A stretch of 63,222 bases of DNA, the filler included, from Basidiobolus ranarum (Eukaryota), in NCBI GenBank assembly GCA_040143965.1. It is 32 parts of 32 records of this genome, joined end to end, with 100 filler letters (N's around TTAATTAATTAA, not from the genome) between each part and the next. Parts side by side here need not be neighbours in the genome. Positions count along the whole stretch, not along the records: positions 11,914 to 13,796 come from JASJQH010004155.1; positions 13,897 to 15,779 come from JASJQH010004156.1; positions 15,880 to 17,762 come from JASJQH010004157.1; positions 17,863 to 19,744 come from JASJQH010004158.1; positions 19,845 to 21,726 come from JASJQH010004159.1; positions 21,827 to 23,707 come from JASJQH010004160.1; 26 more parts are not named here. The stretch is one strand, 5' to 3'. A program made the position numbers and the translations under genes. Positions 11,914-23,807 of this stretch are shown piece after piece (positions within the stretch are counted from its first letter, which is position 1; the number at the start of each line of letters is the position of its first letter). The notes under the pieces are model-generated. The model ran no database searches. It was not told the DNA's origin and saw only the letters and a list, made by a program, of their open reading frames with translations.

Positions 11914-13773
11914 CTCCTTCCTCTCCGATTTGTATTTTTCTTACTTTCCTTCTACCTTTTTACTTTTGTAATGTCTTGCCCCCTTAGTAAGCTTCTTCCT
12001 TTCTTTTTCTTTTTATTCTTCTTTTCGTCCTCTTGTTCTACCTCCAAATCTTTATTAGGTAAGGGCGTTTATAAAGTAAATAAACACTTTTAGAGTAGTA
12101 GGAGCCGGATTATAACAAGGGTAGAGGTTTTTTTTATAAATATAGGAAGAAGAAGGTATTCGGAGGCGACTAAGTCGATCAACTAGAACCTATACGGTCT
12201 TGAATGAATTGTTAGGGAAGGGCAGGTAAATAATTGATAGTAGGAAAGAAGAAAAAGAAGAAAAAAAGAAAAAAAAAAAAGAAATTTTGAAAGTAGTAGA
12301 AGAAGAAGGGTAGTAGAATTTAGGGGGTATAAACAGTTAGTAGAGTAGGTAGGGTGTTAGGTGGCTTTGGTTGTATGGGTAGGGAGGATATGTTGAGGTT
12401 AGTATATTAATAAAGAAGGTTGAATTGGTAAATGTAAAAAGAAAAAGATAAGAGTAATATGAATACTTTTGGTATAGTTATAAGATGTTGTAAATTATAT
12501 TAGGGAAGATAAAAAGTAGTTAGCTTTTTACTTAGTGGAAACGTAGTTTGAGTGGACGCTGTAGGGTAGGCACGTCTGCTTTATATAAGAAAGGCGCGGC
12601 CGAGGTTGAAAAGGTGGAAGAGGGAAAGGCAGTGAAGGGTGGTACTTACCGAGTGCAGGGTAGGCAAGAACGACCGGGTAGGTAAGGAAGGCGCAATCGA
12701 CCTTTGGAAGCCGAAGTTTTGAAAAGGAAAATTGCGAGTAGGTAGCGCTTATTAAGTGTAGGGTAGGTAAGAACTACAGGGTAGGTACGACGGGCCTGTA
12801 TGAGAAAGGTAAGATCAAAGTTGAAAAGAAAAAAGTAGTAGGCGGGTAGTACCTACCGAGTGCAGGGTAGGCAGGAATGACCGGGTAGGCAAGGAAGGCG
12901 CAACCAACTTGACGAGGAAGGCGTGGTCTTTGTGAACTTGGAGCGAGATTCCTGAGAAGGTGCGACCCAGTTGGGTGGCTGGGTGGCCGTGAGTCGATTT
13001 TTAAAATTTCCCATACTGGGGAATTTCGCGGGAGTTGAAAAGTCGCGGCTCAGACCGTCGGGCCGCACCGTCCCCAGACTCGAGGTCGGAGGGTATACAA
13101 GAAGGAGCGGCGGAGAGCAATGGGAAAGAGCGAGCGGTAAGACTGCTCGGTCGTCCCTGCCTCCGGCTCCCTCTTACAGGTGTGGGCAAGGACGTACAGG
13201 GCCTGCTCCACCTGGAAGCCTTCTGCGGGAGGGCTGCTCTGGCCTGTGGCCTAGGCACCTTCCCGCGGTAACCTGCAAAGGAAACCAAGTTCCAGTTCAT
13301 GGAGCGTTGTTATCGCGTGGCTCCCTACGGTCTGCCGGGGAGTCAACGTTAACAGCGCGAGCCACCTCAGCACCGTTCCAGCAAGGGCTCTGCCTCTGCC
13401 GGGCGGCATCTGAGAAGATCCTGCAGGCGCTAGGGAGTACCCCATAAGCGCCGAGGGGTGGGCTCTGTGGATGACTGGCCGCTGGCCAAACTTATCTACA
13501 AGCCGCCGGGGGTACCGGCCAGCTGGGGAAGCCTTCGGGCAGAACCTTCTGTGCTGGGCCTCCTCTTGGGGCGCATAGGCGGTGTGCGAGAGGCGCTCTG
13601 CGCTCTCCCGTCCTCCTGCCGACCGCGCTCTGGGGAATTCAGGAGGGGAAAGCAGATGCGTGTCTCGAGGCAAGTTCGGCCCTGCCGTACGAGCTTCGGA
13701 CCGCCTACCTTCGTAACTTTGTGAACTCTTCCGCTCGCTTGCGAGCGGTTGGCCTTTCCAGGCGCACGATAGT
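11914..13773 (+). other. rDNA intergenic spacer and 5' external transcribed spacer
   Basis: Immediately precedes the 18S start; has IGS subrepeats, a GC-rich ETS and GATAGT before the 18S 5' end. Confidence 0.9.
12578..12905 (+). repeat. IGS subrepeats (GTGCAGGGTAGGCA core)
   Basis: Copies near 12650, 12756 and 12859, about 100 bp apart. Confidence 0.8.
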
Positions 13774-13796
13774 TACCTGGTTGATTCTGCCAGTAG
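13774..13796 (+). rRNA. 18S rRNA, first 23 nt
   Basis: TACCTGGTTGATTCTGCCAGTAG is the conserved eukaryotic SSU 5' end. Confidence 0.95.
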
Positions 13797-14755
13797 NNNN
13801 NNNNNNNNNNNNNNNNNNNNNNNNNNNNNNNNNNNNNNNNTTAATTAATTAANNNNNNNNNNNNNNNNNNNNNNNNNNNNNNNNNNNNNNNNNNNNTTCA
13901 AACACACGGTAAGCCATCGAAATAAAGTGTGTACAAAACACACCCTAGAATAGATTGCCCTAGATCTTATCTGTAAGGCGCACTAACTAGAGCGTCTGAT
14001 CGCCAAAAGAGGGCTAGGACTAGAGGGATCCGCGAGTGGTGGCTAGGAGGATCAGATCATTTATAGATTAATGGATTGAAAGCAGTGTTGCTACACTGTT
14101 GTTTGCTTTTGAAACACAGTATTACTTATTTAATCGCTTGTTTTGAAGTCATGGGGTTGGGGTGCGAAGATCTATGCTATGGCTGTGTGACTGGTGTAAA
14201 GGGGTTTATCTAGATCGCTATTCGAATATTAGCCTTAGCTTCGCAACTCACTGTTACCGGAATTCGTCACTCAGATGGAAGAGACTTAGGCAAGGCCAAT
14301 AAGTAAAAGATGTTGGTTGCACCGCATGAGCATTCGTGAGAATATTACCTTCAGAGGGAGAGACTATGAGCTAGCTAACACTTCAGCGATAAGCATCCAG
14401 TAATTTCGCTACTCTGTTTTGCAATGAGTCGACCATCCGTGGGAAATCTACTCAATAAGAGCTCGACCATGAATTAATTAAGCCTTTTGGCTGGTTTCAA
14501 AGAAACTGACCATCACCATATTAAATCAGACCTTTGAAAATCGGCATAATAATTCAACGAATGAATGATGAGTGAATTTAGAAATATCCCTTACTATACC
14601 CGTTCACCCTCGCCAGTACTGATCTTTTCCATATTGAGTAAATACTGAGACCACTGAGTGGATATAAAATACTCCAGGTGCATCCACTGTGGCTTCATAT
14701 TAACTCCTCTCTAGTAGTGTGATAGCTTGAAGATCGCATTCACGTCGCATCACCA

Positions 14756-15779
14756 ATGTTCAAACCAAGAATAACCGTTAGGTAATGTCCTCACTATTAT
14801 CTGGAGTACTAGTACTTTGCTCACCCCCTTTCCACCTCTTGCCTGATTTCTAGTAAAGTGCGTACGTTCTCAAATGCTACTTACAAACTCCCCATACGAG
14901 CCTTCTCAGCTGCTCCCGCGCTAAGCAAACGACACTCTCCTACATTATTTAACCCATACCAGAGGATCAAATCAGAAGGTAACTCATCTGAGCAACGCCA
15001 TCCTCTAGTTTTCCACATACATTAACATCGACTGCACACCAAAAAGATCTCAAGAATCCAGCAGACTATCCGGGCAAGAAAAGTCCACTAACGAATTTGT
15101 TAAATAATAATGCCGCGTGGTCCAAGAATGTCCATCAGACAGATCCCACCTTCTTTGCCCGTTCAGCTACCAAACAGACACCAAAGATCCTTTGGATAGG
15201 TAGAGTCTCCTCAGAAATGGAGTAGCTTGATGCTCATTCGTACTAACTGAATTTGATGGAGAAAAGGTTGCTCCGATTCCAGAGTTTCGGCGGAACAGAT
15301 TGTTGGCGCTGGTATGTTGATTCAACTCATGTCATGTCATCCCATTTACCAAAGTGAAAGAATCCCCTTATTAAACCTTCACTCATTCCGTTAGGTCCCG
15401 GGGAACTTTTTGTCCACCGCAACATTGCCAATCTATGCGTGCACACTGATCTTAACTGTTTGTCGGTAATTCAGTATGCTGTAGATGTTCTAAAAATCGA
15501 GCACATCATTGTGTGTGGTAAGGAATTCCCTTTTGTCTTGATAGTCACCATGTACACATAATAATTGAATGAAACTCTTAACACCAGGTCACTACGGCTG
15601 TGGAGGAGTTGCTGCCGCGATGCGTCCCGAGCTTTGCGGGTTAATCGACAACTGGTTGGTTAATATTAAAGATGTGTATGCAGCAAATAAAGAAAAGTTC
15701 CAAGGTACATGCTATCTCATTACATATCATTGCAACTTGAGTGCTAATCAATGTATAACGTCAACCAGGTATAGAAGAC
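14756..15779 (+). CDS. Beta-class carbonic anhydrase, 3'-truncated; exons 14756-14781, 14854-14978, 15047-15199, 15267-15311, 15395-15517, 15588-15704, 15769->15779
   Basis: Spliced product has [20 protein letters not shown] and [10 protein letters not shown] zinc motifs; all introns GT-AG; TATAAAA at 14663. Confidence 0.95.
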
Positions 15780-15879
15780 NNNNNNNNNNNNNNNNNNNNN
15801 NNNNNNNNNNNNNNNNNNNNNNNTTAATTAATTAANNNNNNNNNNNNNNNNNNNNNNNNNNNNNNNNNNNNNNNNNNNN

Positions 15880-16480
15880 GGATCCAATCCGGATCAAATT
15901 GATTTAATTTTTGTTAGGGGCAAGTGTCAGTGCTATTTGAAATTTCAGATATTTAACAATTTTTCCTCTGTTAGTTTGCTGGTAAGGTATGTTGATGTTG
16001 TTGAGTTATGTCTGATCAGTCAAGTATGTGCATATGTAGAGACTAAATACAACAAGATTCTTGTATTTTTGATTCTCATTATGGCTGGAATACAAAGCCT
16101 AAAGTATCTAAATAAAGTCATGCATATTACTTCAAATTCCTCCATCAGTAGACCCAAAAATATGCCCTGCAGAAATTAGATTTTTATGATAATTGCTGGA
16201 AATCAAATAACAAATGCCATTTGTTAGGATCCATCTTTTAACATGTATGAATACCATCAAAATACTGTCAAGAAGTCACCATCATACAATCAAAATCCCT
16301 GGCAGAATGCAAGCCACCAATATTGTGAGGGTTCTCTGACAGTTTTGCAATCCAATAGGGTGGATACCATCTGGATCAAATTTATTTTATTTTGGTTAGA
16401 GGTAAATAAGCAGTAAATCAAAAAGGGATTAAAATTGTGATGGTTTTCTCACAATGACAATCATCAAATATCTGTTAGGG
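15880..16480. mobile_element. Cluster of CMC termini: right end at 15919, second right end at ~16401, inverted left end at 16480
   Basis: Matches to the family's two terminal sequences. Confidence 0.85.
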
Positions 16481-17762
16481 TATAGTAATCAGAGCTATTT
16501 CAATCTGATTAGGCTTTCAAGTTTGTGAGTAGGTATTACAGCTTATGGCATTGTTATGGGCACTTCAGTAGGCTGAATCTTGGTTGAATGATCCACTGGA
16601 GTGCTACTTTTACTCATTTTTTTTGTTTGAATCATTTGAATGATTGGATTGGGAGAAAACAGTTTTTTTTCATCATCTGAGATCATTTTGGGTGAAAATA
16701 TTTCATATTCATTAAACAAAACATCCCTGGACTTGATTAACTTTAAAATTTGGTATTGTACAGTCTGTGGGCTTTAGTTTGAGTGCAATAACCCACAAAT
16801 ATACATTTTTACTTCTTAGATCATATTTTGACTGATTTTTGGTCAAAATTTTGACATAAGCGATGCATCCCAGGATTTACAAATATTTTACATCAGGTTA
16901 AACTCCAAACCAAGCTTGATTTGGTTTAGAGTTAGACAAACTTCTGTTAAGACTCCTATTCTTCAGATATACAGCTGTAGCAACAGATTTTGCCCAAAAG
17001 TTAAGAGATAAATTTTGTGTATTTAGCATAGATCATGCTATTGCTATTGTATTCCTGTTAGCTCTTTCAGCAACTCAACTTTGTGGGGCAAATTGGGGCA
17101 GTAGTTTCTTGTTTAATTCCATGAACTTTGCCAAAGTGATAAACAATGTAGTAATATATTCTCCACTAATTTTAGTGCACATTTTCTTAATACTAGTTCT
17201 AGTTTAAGTCTCCGCAAGTCTTTTGGAATCACTAAAGATAGAGAGAGCTTCTTCTTTTCTTTCCATAAAGTGAACCAAAGTGTGTCTTGCATAACTGTCA
17301 ATAAATGTGATTTAATATCATTTTCCACCAAAAGTCAAATTTTGCAAAGGTCCACACTAATCTGAATGAATTAAATCCAATTTTGACAGATTTGATTCAA
17401 CTTGAGCTCTTGAATGATTGCCTGGCTTGCTTTCCATATATATAGCCCTCACAAGTTATCATTTTAGTCAGGGGGGTTAATTTGATTTCCACAAATTAGA
17501 CATTTTTTGATAATTTTGCTCAAGTAGTCAACTCCAATAGAGCCCAATCTCTGAAGCCATAATTGAATAGTTTCACGATTGGAATAACTTTTATTTACAC
17601 ATAAGCCTCTTTGATTTTATGTAAGCTTGTGTAAGCCCTGATCCTTCACTCCCAAAGCAAAATAATTCTCATTTTGATTAGTGATGGTGCATCCTGACTA
17701 ATCAAAATTGAATTTTAGCCCTTCTGAGGTGGCCTAGCATACCTATATTGAATTCTTGAAAA
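16481..17762 (-). mobile_element. Ty1/copia integrase remnant
   Basis: Homologous to 37660-38100; remnants of CEGCIYGK, DLIHSD and PQ..VAERANRN..FWA motifs. Confidence 0.85.
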
Positions 17763-19635
17763 NNNNNNNNNNNNNNNNNNNNNNNNNNNNNNNNNNNNNN
17801 NNNNNNTTAATTAATTAANNNNNNNNNNNNNNNNNNNNNNNNNNNNNNNNNNNNNNNNNNNNCCTTTAGTTAGGGAGTCTTACATTGCATGTGAATTGGA
17901 TATGATCACTATTTCAATTTCTTTTGGGATAACCAACCCCAGTCTCAATTTAGCTGTACATTCACGCATCCTGACGCAAATGAATATGGAGTTGTTCTCG
18001 ATGTTTTATTCGACCACACTTGAGCTACTTCTGGACCAGGCATCGTCTAGAATGCAGCAGTGTTGGGCGATATATTTGGTTCTTTTAGCCCATTATTTTG
18101 ATCTATCACTTGACTCCAGTGTTACGGGTAATATCTTAATATCTATCAGCAAGGGTTAAAGCACCTGTTGAGACATGAAATCAGCCCATAATTCCTTCTT
18201 AGTTTATCGTCGATCCTCAGATTATCTGCTGTCGACGAACTCTGACTAGACTGCTTTATTATCGAATTTTCATTTCAGAGGCTCAAAGTCTCGTTGTCTA
18301 AATTGGCTTTAATCAAGGTTGAGCATGCTGATAAATGGTTTTCGGTGTTACCAAGTATAGATACTTGTATACACCTTGGCATAGTTTCTAAACAGTTAGG
18401 GTAGCAGGCCATTGGACAGAGATCAAAAGGCAATTAGTAGAATATTGGGTGGCACAAGTCACAGGGTGTTCTAATCAGTCTTATATTGAGTAATGTATTC
18501 AACCAAGTTGTCTTACAAATGATTACATGGAACAGAAGACCAAAGGGGTTCTATTCAAAAGCGTAATTGAGGAGTCACTAAATCTTCATGTTGACATCTA
18601 CGGAGTGATTTATTGTTCCTGGAGGGAACCATTCATTCAAACAACGTCCCTAACTAAAGAATTCTGGCATAATTCTGTATGCAGTACTGGATCAATCAAG
18701 AAGCATTTAGATAATTCTAAACACACCCACACTAGCACTATTTCAAGATTTTCACTCATTCAGGGAGTTCGGATTTGAATGTTTTCTGATAAAATTCTGC
18801 ATATTAAGGATATTTACTGTAGTTACATTCATTGAGTGCAGATAACCATATAAATAAATTAATTGGTATCTTTTTGTGGTTCCATACTAAAATGGTATTA
18901 ACGACCTCTTTAAAGAAATATCAATTTGTATGCAAATTTCTTGACTCTACTTATGTATTAGTGGACCGAATCTAGTTCCTAGTGTTAGGATTGATGAAAA
19001 AATTGGTCAAAAAAAGTGCTTATCATTTTGGAGATCAAGAAAATCCTATGCATACCGAATAAGGCATGCGAAATCCGTTTGCTAACAGAAACACTAACAA
19101 AAAAATGGCCTAGTTGTTACTCCACAGCTAATACAAAATACCAAGTCACCTTGGTGTTTACGTAAATAATGCAATACGCTCATATTACTGCATTTTGAGG
19201 TTAAAGTATCCAACCATGGTTAATGAGTAAACAAGACGTACACAGTTGGTGGAAATATCTCCAAAGCTTAAAAACCTAGAGAAATACACTAAATAGCAAC
19301 TACATATATATTCGCGTTATTTTACGTTTGGAATTTATGTCTTGTCTAGACTCCAGGAATACATATTGTTGAGAGTAAAGCAGGTGAAAGTCGAAGAGTG
19401 GAGCAATTGGAGTTCTATCGCAGTATGACTGGTATCAAGATACACATCACTTTTGAAGCGTCTCTGGATATAGCACCTGACGCTATCAATCTATCTGTAG
19501 TATTCACAAAGCTGGCATTACTTGAACATAGTATTCCTCTCAATGGAGTCTAACTAGTTGCCTCATAAACTGCTCATACACAATAATCTTCTAAACGTAG
19601 AGTGTTACTAGCTCCACATCTTCATATATATATAT

Positions 19636-19744
19636 TGTTGGATAATTAATCTTTATTCAACATCATAGTTAACTTTAGTTATGATACATATATCAGAAAC
19701 AGAAAGCAACGTATCTATAGCCCCTATATTCTAAATAGGAATAT
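19636..19744 (+). repeat. LTR family B start
   Basis: TGTTGGATAATTAATCTTTATTCAAC matches 51889. Confidence 0.8.
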
Positions 19745-19844
19745 NNNNNNNNNNNNNNNNNNNNNNNNNNNNNNNNNNNNNNNNNNNNTTAATTAATTAA
19801 NNNNNNNNNNNNNNNNNNNNNNNNNNNNNNNNNNNNNNNNNNNN

Positions 19845-20288
19845 CTTAATAATTGGTTCCATCCAATTTTTCAGAAGGGGGAAAAGTTCCATAGATTTGA
19901 GAAGTAGACATTACAGAGAGTGCAAGCTTGGGGCTCATAACCTGTTAAAGTATTTAGGGAGCCTGTTGGAAGTGGTTTGGAGAATTAGAGGAACTGGTGG
20001 TTTTCACTTATTGATTTATTGAGTAGAAAGTTGACATTTGCAGTTTTGTCAAAATATAAGCAAAAAAAACATGTGGAATGTGTTAAGGAAGGTTCCAGGA
20101 ATATGTGTGCAAAGTTTGGGGCTTCTAGCACAATTTTGAAAAATTTATATATCTGAGAACTTCTAAGTGGTAAAAATATTTAAAGTAAATTCCAATTGAG
20201 AATAATGGATAATGTCTTAGTGAATTATAAGATAACTAAGTACTAAGCTTATGACTATATAGGTGTTTAGGCAAAGCTAATTTCAATA
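19845..20288 (-). mobile_element. Copia 5' LTR (family C, 19943-20288), PBS (19931-19942) and gag start
   Basis: GGGCTCATAACC|TGTTAAAG junction; gag start homologous to 39120. Confidence 0.88.
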
Positions 20289-20585
20289 ATAGATATGTTG
20301 CTTTTTGTTTCTGATATTTGTATCATAACTAAAGTTAACTATGATGTTGAATAAAGATTAATTATCCAACAACATTTACATGTTTCATTGTTTACATTTT
20401 GACTAAACTATCAATGTCAGCTTCTAACTAAATAAATCAACAAGTGAAAACCACAAATTTCTCTATTTCTCCAAACTACTTCTATCAGGCTCCCAAGATA
20501 CTTTAACACTTGAAAGCTTCAAATTCATGGTTTCCAATTTTTTGCTGTAGTCTTGGGTAAAGATATATTTTACATCTCTATATAC

Positions 20586-20926
20586 TGCTCAAGTATCTTG
20601 GGAGCCTGTTGGAAGTAATTTGGAAAAATAGGGAAATTTGTGGTTTTCACTTATTGATATATAGAGTAAGAAGTTGACATTTATAGTTTTGTAAAAATAT
20701 AAGCAGAATTATGTGTAAGATATGTTAAGGAAAGTCTCAGAAACACATGTGCAAGGTTTGGGGCTTTTAGCACAAGTTTGAAAAATCTATATATTTGAGA
20801 ACTTTTAAGTTGGTGTCAATACTCCAAGTAAATTACGATTGAGGTGATATCTTAGTTAAATATGGAATAACTAAATACTAAGTTAAATATGACTATATAG
20901 GTGTTTAGACAATGCTAATTTCAACA
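20586..20926 (-). repeat. Solo LTR family C
   Basis: Full-length match; flanks TATAC/TATAA form a near-perfect 5-bp TSD. Confidence 0.82.
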
Positions 20927-21826
20927 TATAAAAGATTAGATGTAACGTAACAAGCAATTGTATTTAAACAGACCTGAATAGTAAGGATCATGAGTAAAAT
21001 AAACTATTACACTTCCAAGTGGCTTCACTATGAGAATGATTACTTGTTAGGGGCTTCAAAGGCAACTTCATGATTAAGCATAACTGCAACAGGTTGGGGA
21101 CTCAGGTTACAGAACTGAATTAGTGATTTCCAATTGAAAAAGTTTCACCGATACAAATACCCTACTAAACGATAAAATATTCCAATGGAGTGAAACCAAC
21201 ATACTACTTATTTGCCACTCTAACGCAACCCATGTTGACTGTATCACACTCATCGTCAATTCGATAATTCTAATGATTTATATTTTGCTTAAGAATTAGT
21301 TAGCATGTCAGCAATCCAGTCTAAAGTTCTATAGTATTTTGGTAGGCTATTGCTATCTCAATGGAATCTCCCGGCATAATGGAATGTAGTTGCATGATAT
21401 ATGGTACTCAACACTAACACATGCAACTTCAACGGCATTAAAGTGGGATAATATGATCAGGTTTAGTCTAACGTTCACCGGAAAGAAAAAATGTCAAGTC
21501 CTTCAGAGTTCACTCCAAGAATTCCCACATCGTTATTTCATATAATGTAGTAACCATGACATCTAGTCATAGGACGGATATTAAATAGTCCGGTCATTTC
21601 ATTGCATATGGAAACTACGTGTTAGTGTCCTCCTGACACGTATTCTCTTTGGCAAATATGGATAATAAAAACCCCATGGGTAGAGAAGTCACTTCGACTA
21701 ATTTGCAATAATTAAAGTATGTGCGCNNNNNNNNNNNNNNNNNNNNNNNNNNNNNNNNNNNNNNNNNNNNTTAATTAATTAANNNNNNNNNNNNNNNNNN
21801 NNNNNNNNNNNNNNNNNNNNNNNNNN

Positions 21827-23447
21827 CTGAATTCTTTATGGAAATTTGCCAACATCCAAGAGCTTATTTTTGTTGTGAACAGTAACAAGAGTCAGCTATT
21901 TGCCAAGTGTCGGTGCTATTCAAAATTTCAGATGTTTAGCAATTTTTCCACTGTTAGTTTGCTGGTAAAGCATATTGATGTTATTGAGTTATGTATGATC
22001 AGTCAAGTATGTGAATATGTAGAGACTAAACATAACAAGACTCCTGTATTTTTTGATTCTCATTATGGCTGGAATACAAAGCCTAAAATATCTAAATAAG
22101 GGCATGCTTATTAATTTGAATTTCTACAGCAGTAAACCCAGTAATTTGCCATTCAAAAATTAGATTTTTGCAAAAATAGCCAGATATTGAATAATGCATG
22201 CCAAATTTGACAATCAATATTTTAACATGTATGAATACCATCAAAATATCATCAAGAAACTGCCATCACACCATCAAAATCCCTGGCAGAATGCAAGCCA
22301 CCAATATTGTGACAGTTCTCTGATGGTTTTGCTATTCAGGAGGATGGATCCAATCTGGATCAAATCAATTTTATTTTTGTTAGAGACTTCATCATTGCTT
22401 GAGTTAGTTTCCAGCATGTAAATGCCTTCTAAAGTGGATAGTGGATCACTAGACTGCTTGTCAATCAAGTCCTCTGTTCTTACTGGTTTTTTCCTTTTGT
22501 GCCAGCAGGCTTTTGCTTGGAAGCCAATTTGGATTCAGATTTCAAATGCTTTTTGAATGCCATTGAGATTATCAGATGATAAACTTGGTGTAATGAAAAT
22601 GCTTTGAAACAGCTTATAATAGACCAAAATTGCCATCCACTACTGGAAATAGCTTATAAATACCCTGATGACTCATCTGTGACACTGTCTTATATTCATC
22701 TGATGATATTGATGGGATATACCTGAAATATCACCCTTATGTAAGATTCAATAATTGGATATGAAAAACTTGATTACAGGTTTGAAGAAGATACACTGAA
22801 TCTATGCCAGTACTCTATACATTCCCTGCTACTTGTTTACAATGCTTAGAGATTATAGGCCCTTGCTATACACTCTGGGATTTTCCAATGGAGCACACCT
22901 ATGGTGAAATGATGCTCCATGTGAAATAGTCAGTATTACCATATGTTAATCTGATTAACAATGTATCAGCTAAATCAGTGATAGATGTAGTGCAATAGGT
23001 TCAGGAGACTCCAGAGTATATTAACCTTCCAACAACAGGCTCTTTTCACTCTGCTCATGGGTTTTCACACTGTTTGAGCACAATAACAGCAACAAAACCC
23101 AATCCATGGACTCCAAATAAGTATCTCTATGACTTGGACTAATTTGTTTATGTGGCAATTTGATTGTCCTTCTAGGAGAGCTGCAAGACAGACTTCTTTG
23201 TGAGATGGATCAAGATACATATTATTATTGTTTTAGCCATGGGGTAATCTATTAAAGAATGACACAACTACTTGTGGTAGGACATTTGTTGACTGCAAGT
23301 TGGGGATATATTAGCTGAATACTTTATGGACATTTGTCAAAATCCAAGAGCTCATTTTCATTGTGAGTGATAACAAGAGTCAGCTATTTACCAAGTGTCA
23401 GTGCTATTCAAAATTTCAGATGTTTAGCAATTTTTCCACCATTATCT
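21827..23447 (+). mobile_element. CMC right end (to 22385) nested in a second, internally deleted CMC copy
   Basis: Terminus TTTTGTTAGAG is followed by ORF-A/intergenic sequence and then the transposase C-terminal half. Confidence 0.85.
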
Positions 23448-23707
23448 TGTTGAAATTAGCATTGCCTAAACACCTAGATAGTCATATATAGCTTAGTATT
23501 TAGTTATCTGATAACTCACTACGATATTATCAATTATTCTCACTTGGAATTTACTTAGAATATTTTACCAACTTAGAAGTTCTCAGATATATAGATATAT
23601 TAAACTTGTGCTAGAAGCCCCAAACTTTGCACACATGTTCCTGGGACCTTCCTTAACATATTCTACATGTTAGTTTGTTTACATCTTGACAAAACTATAA
23701 ATGTCAA
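23448..23707 (+). repeat. LTR family C inserted in the CMC transposase
   Basis: TGTTGAAATTAGCATTGCC start. Confidence 0.85.
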
Positions 23708-23807
23708 NNNNNNNNNNNNNNNNNNNNNNNNNNNNNNNNNNNNNNNNNNNNTTAATTAATTAANNNNNNNNNNNNNNNNNNNNNNNNNNNNNNNNNNNNN
23801 NNNNNNN

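Noticed and set aside
12853-13724. Six overlapping ORFs up to 158 aa
   Set aside because: By-product of the GC-rich rDNA ETS.
17863-19635. Short ORFs in this contig
   Set aside because: No motifs, no consistent splice model and no homology elsewhere in the window.
22194-22421. Recurrent MHAK..EYHQNTIKKPPSHHQNPWQNASHQYCD ORF as a multicopy small gene
   Set aside because: It is the CMC right subterminal region after the transposase stop; start and frame vary between copies.
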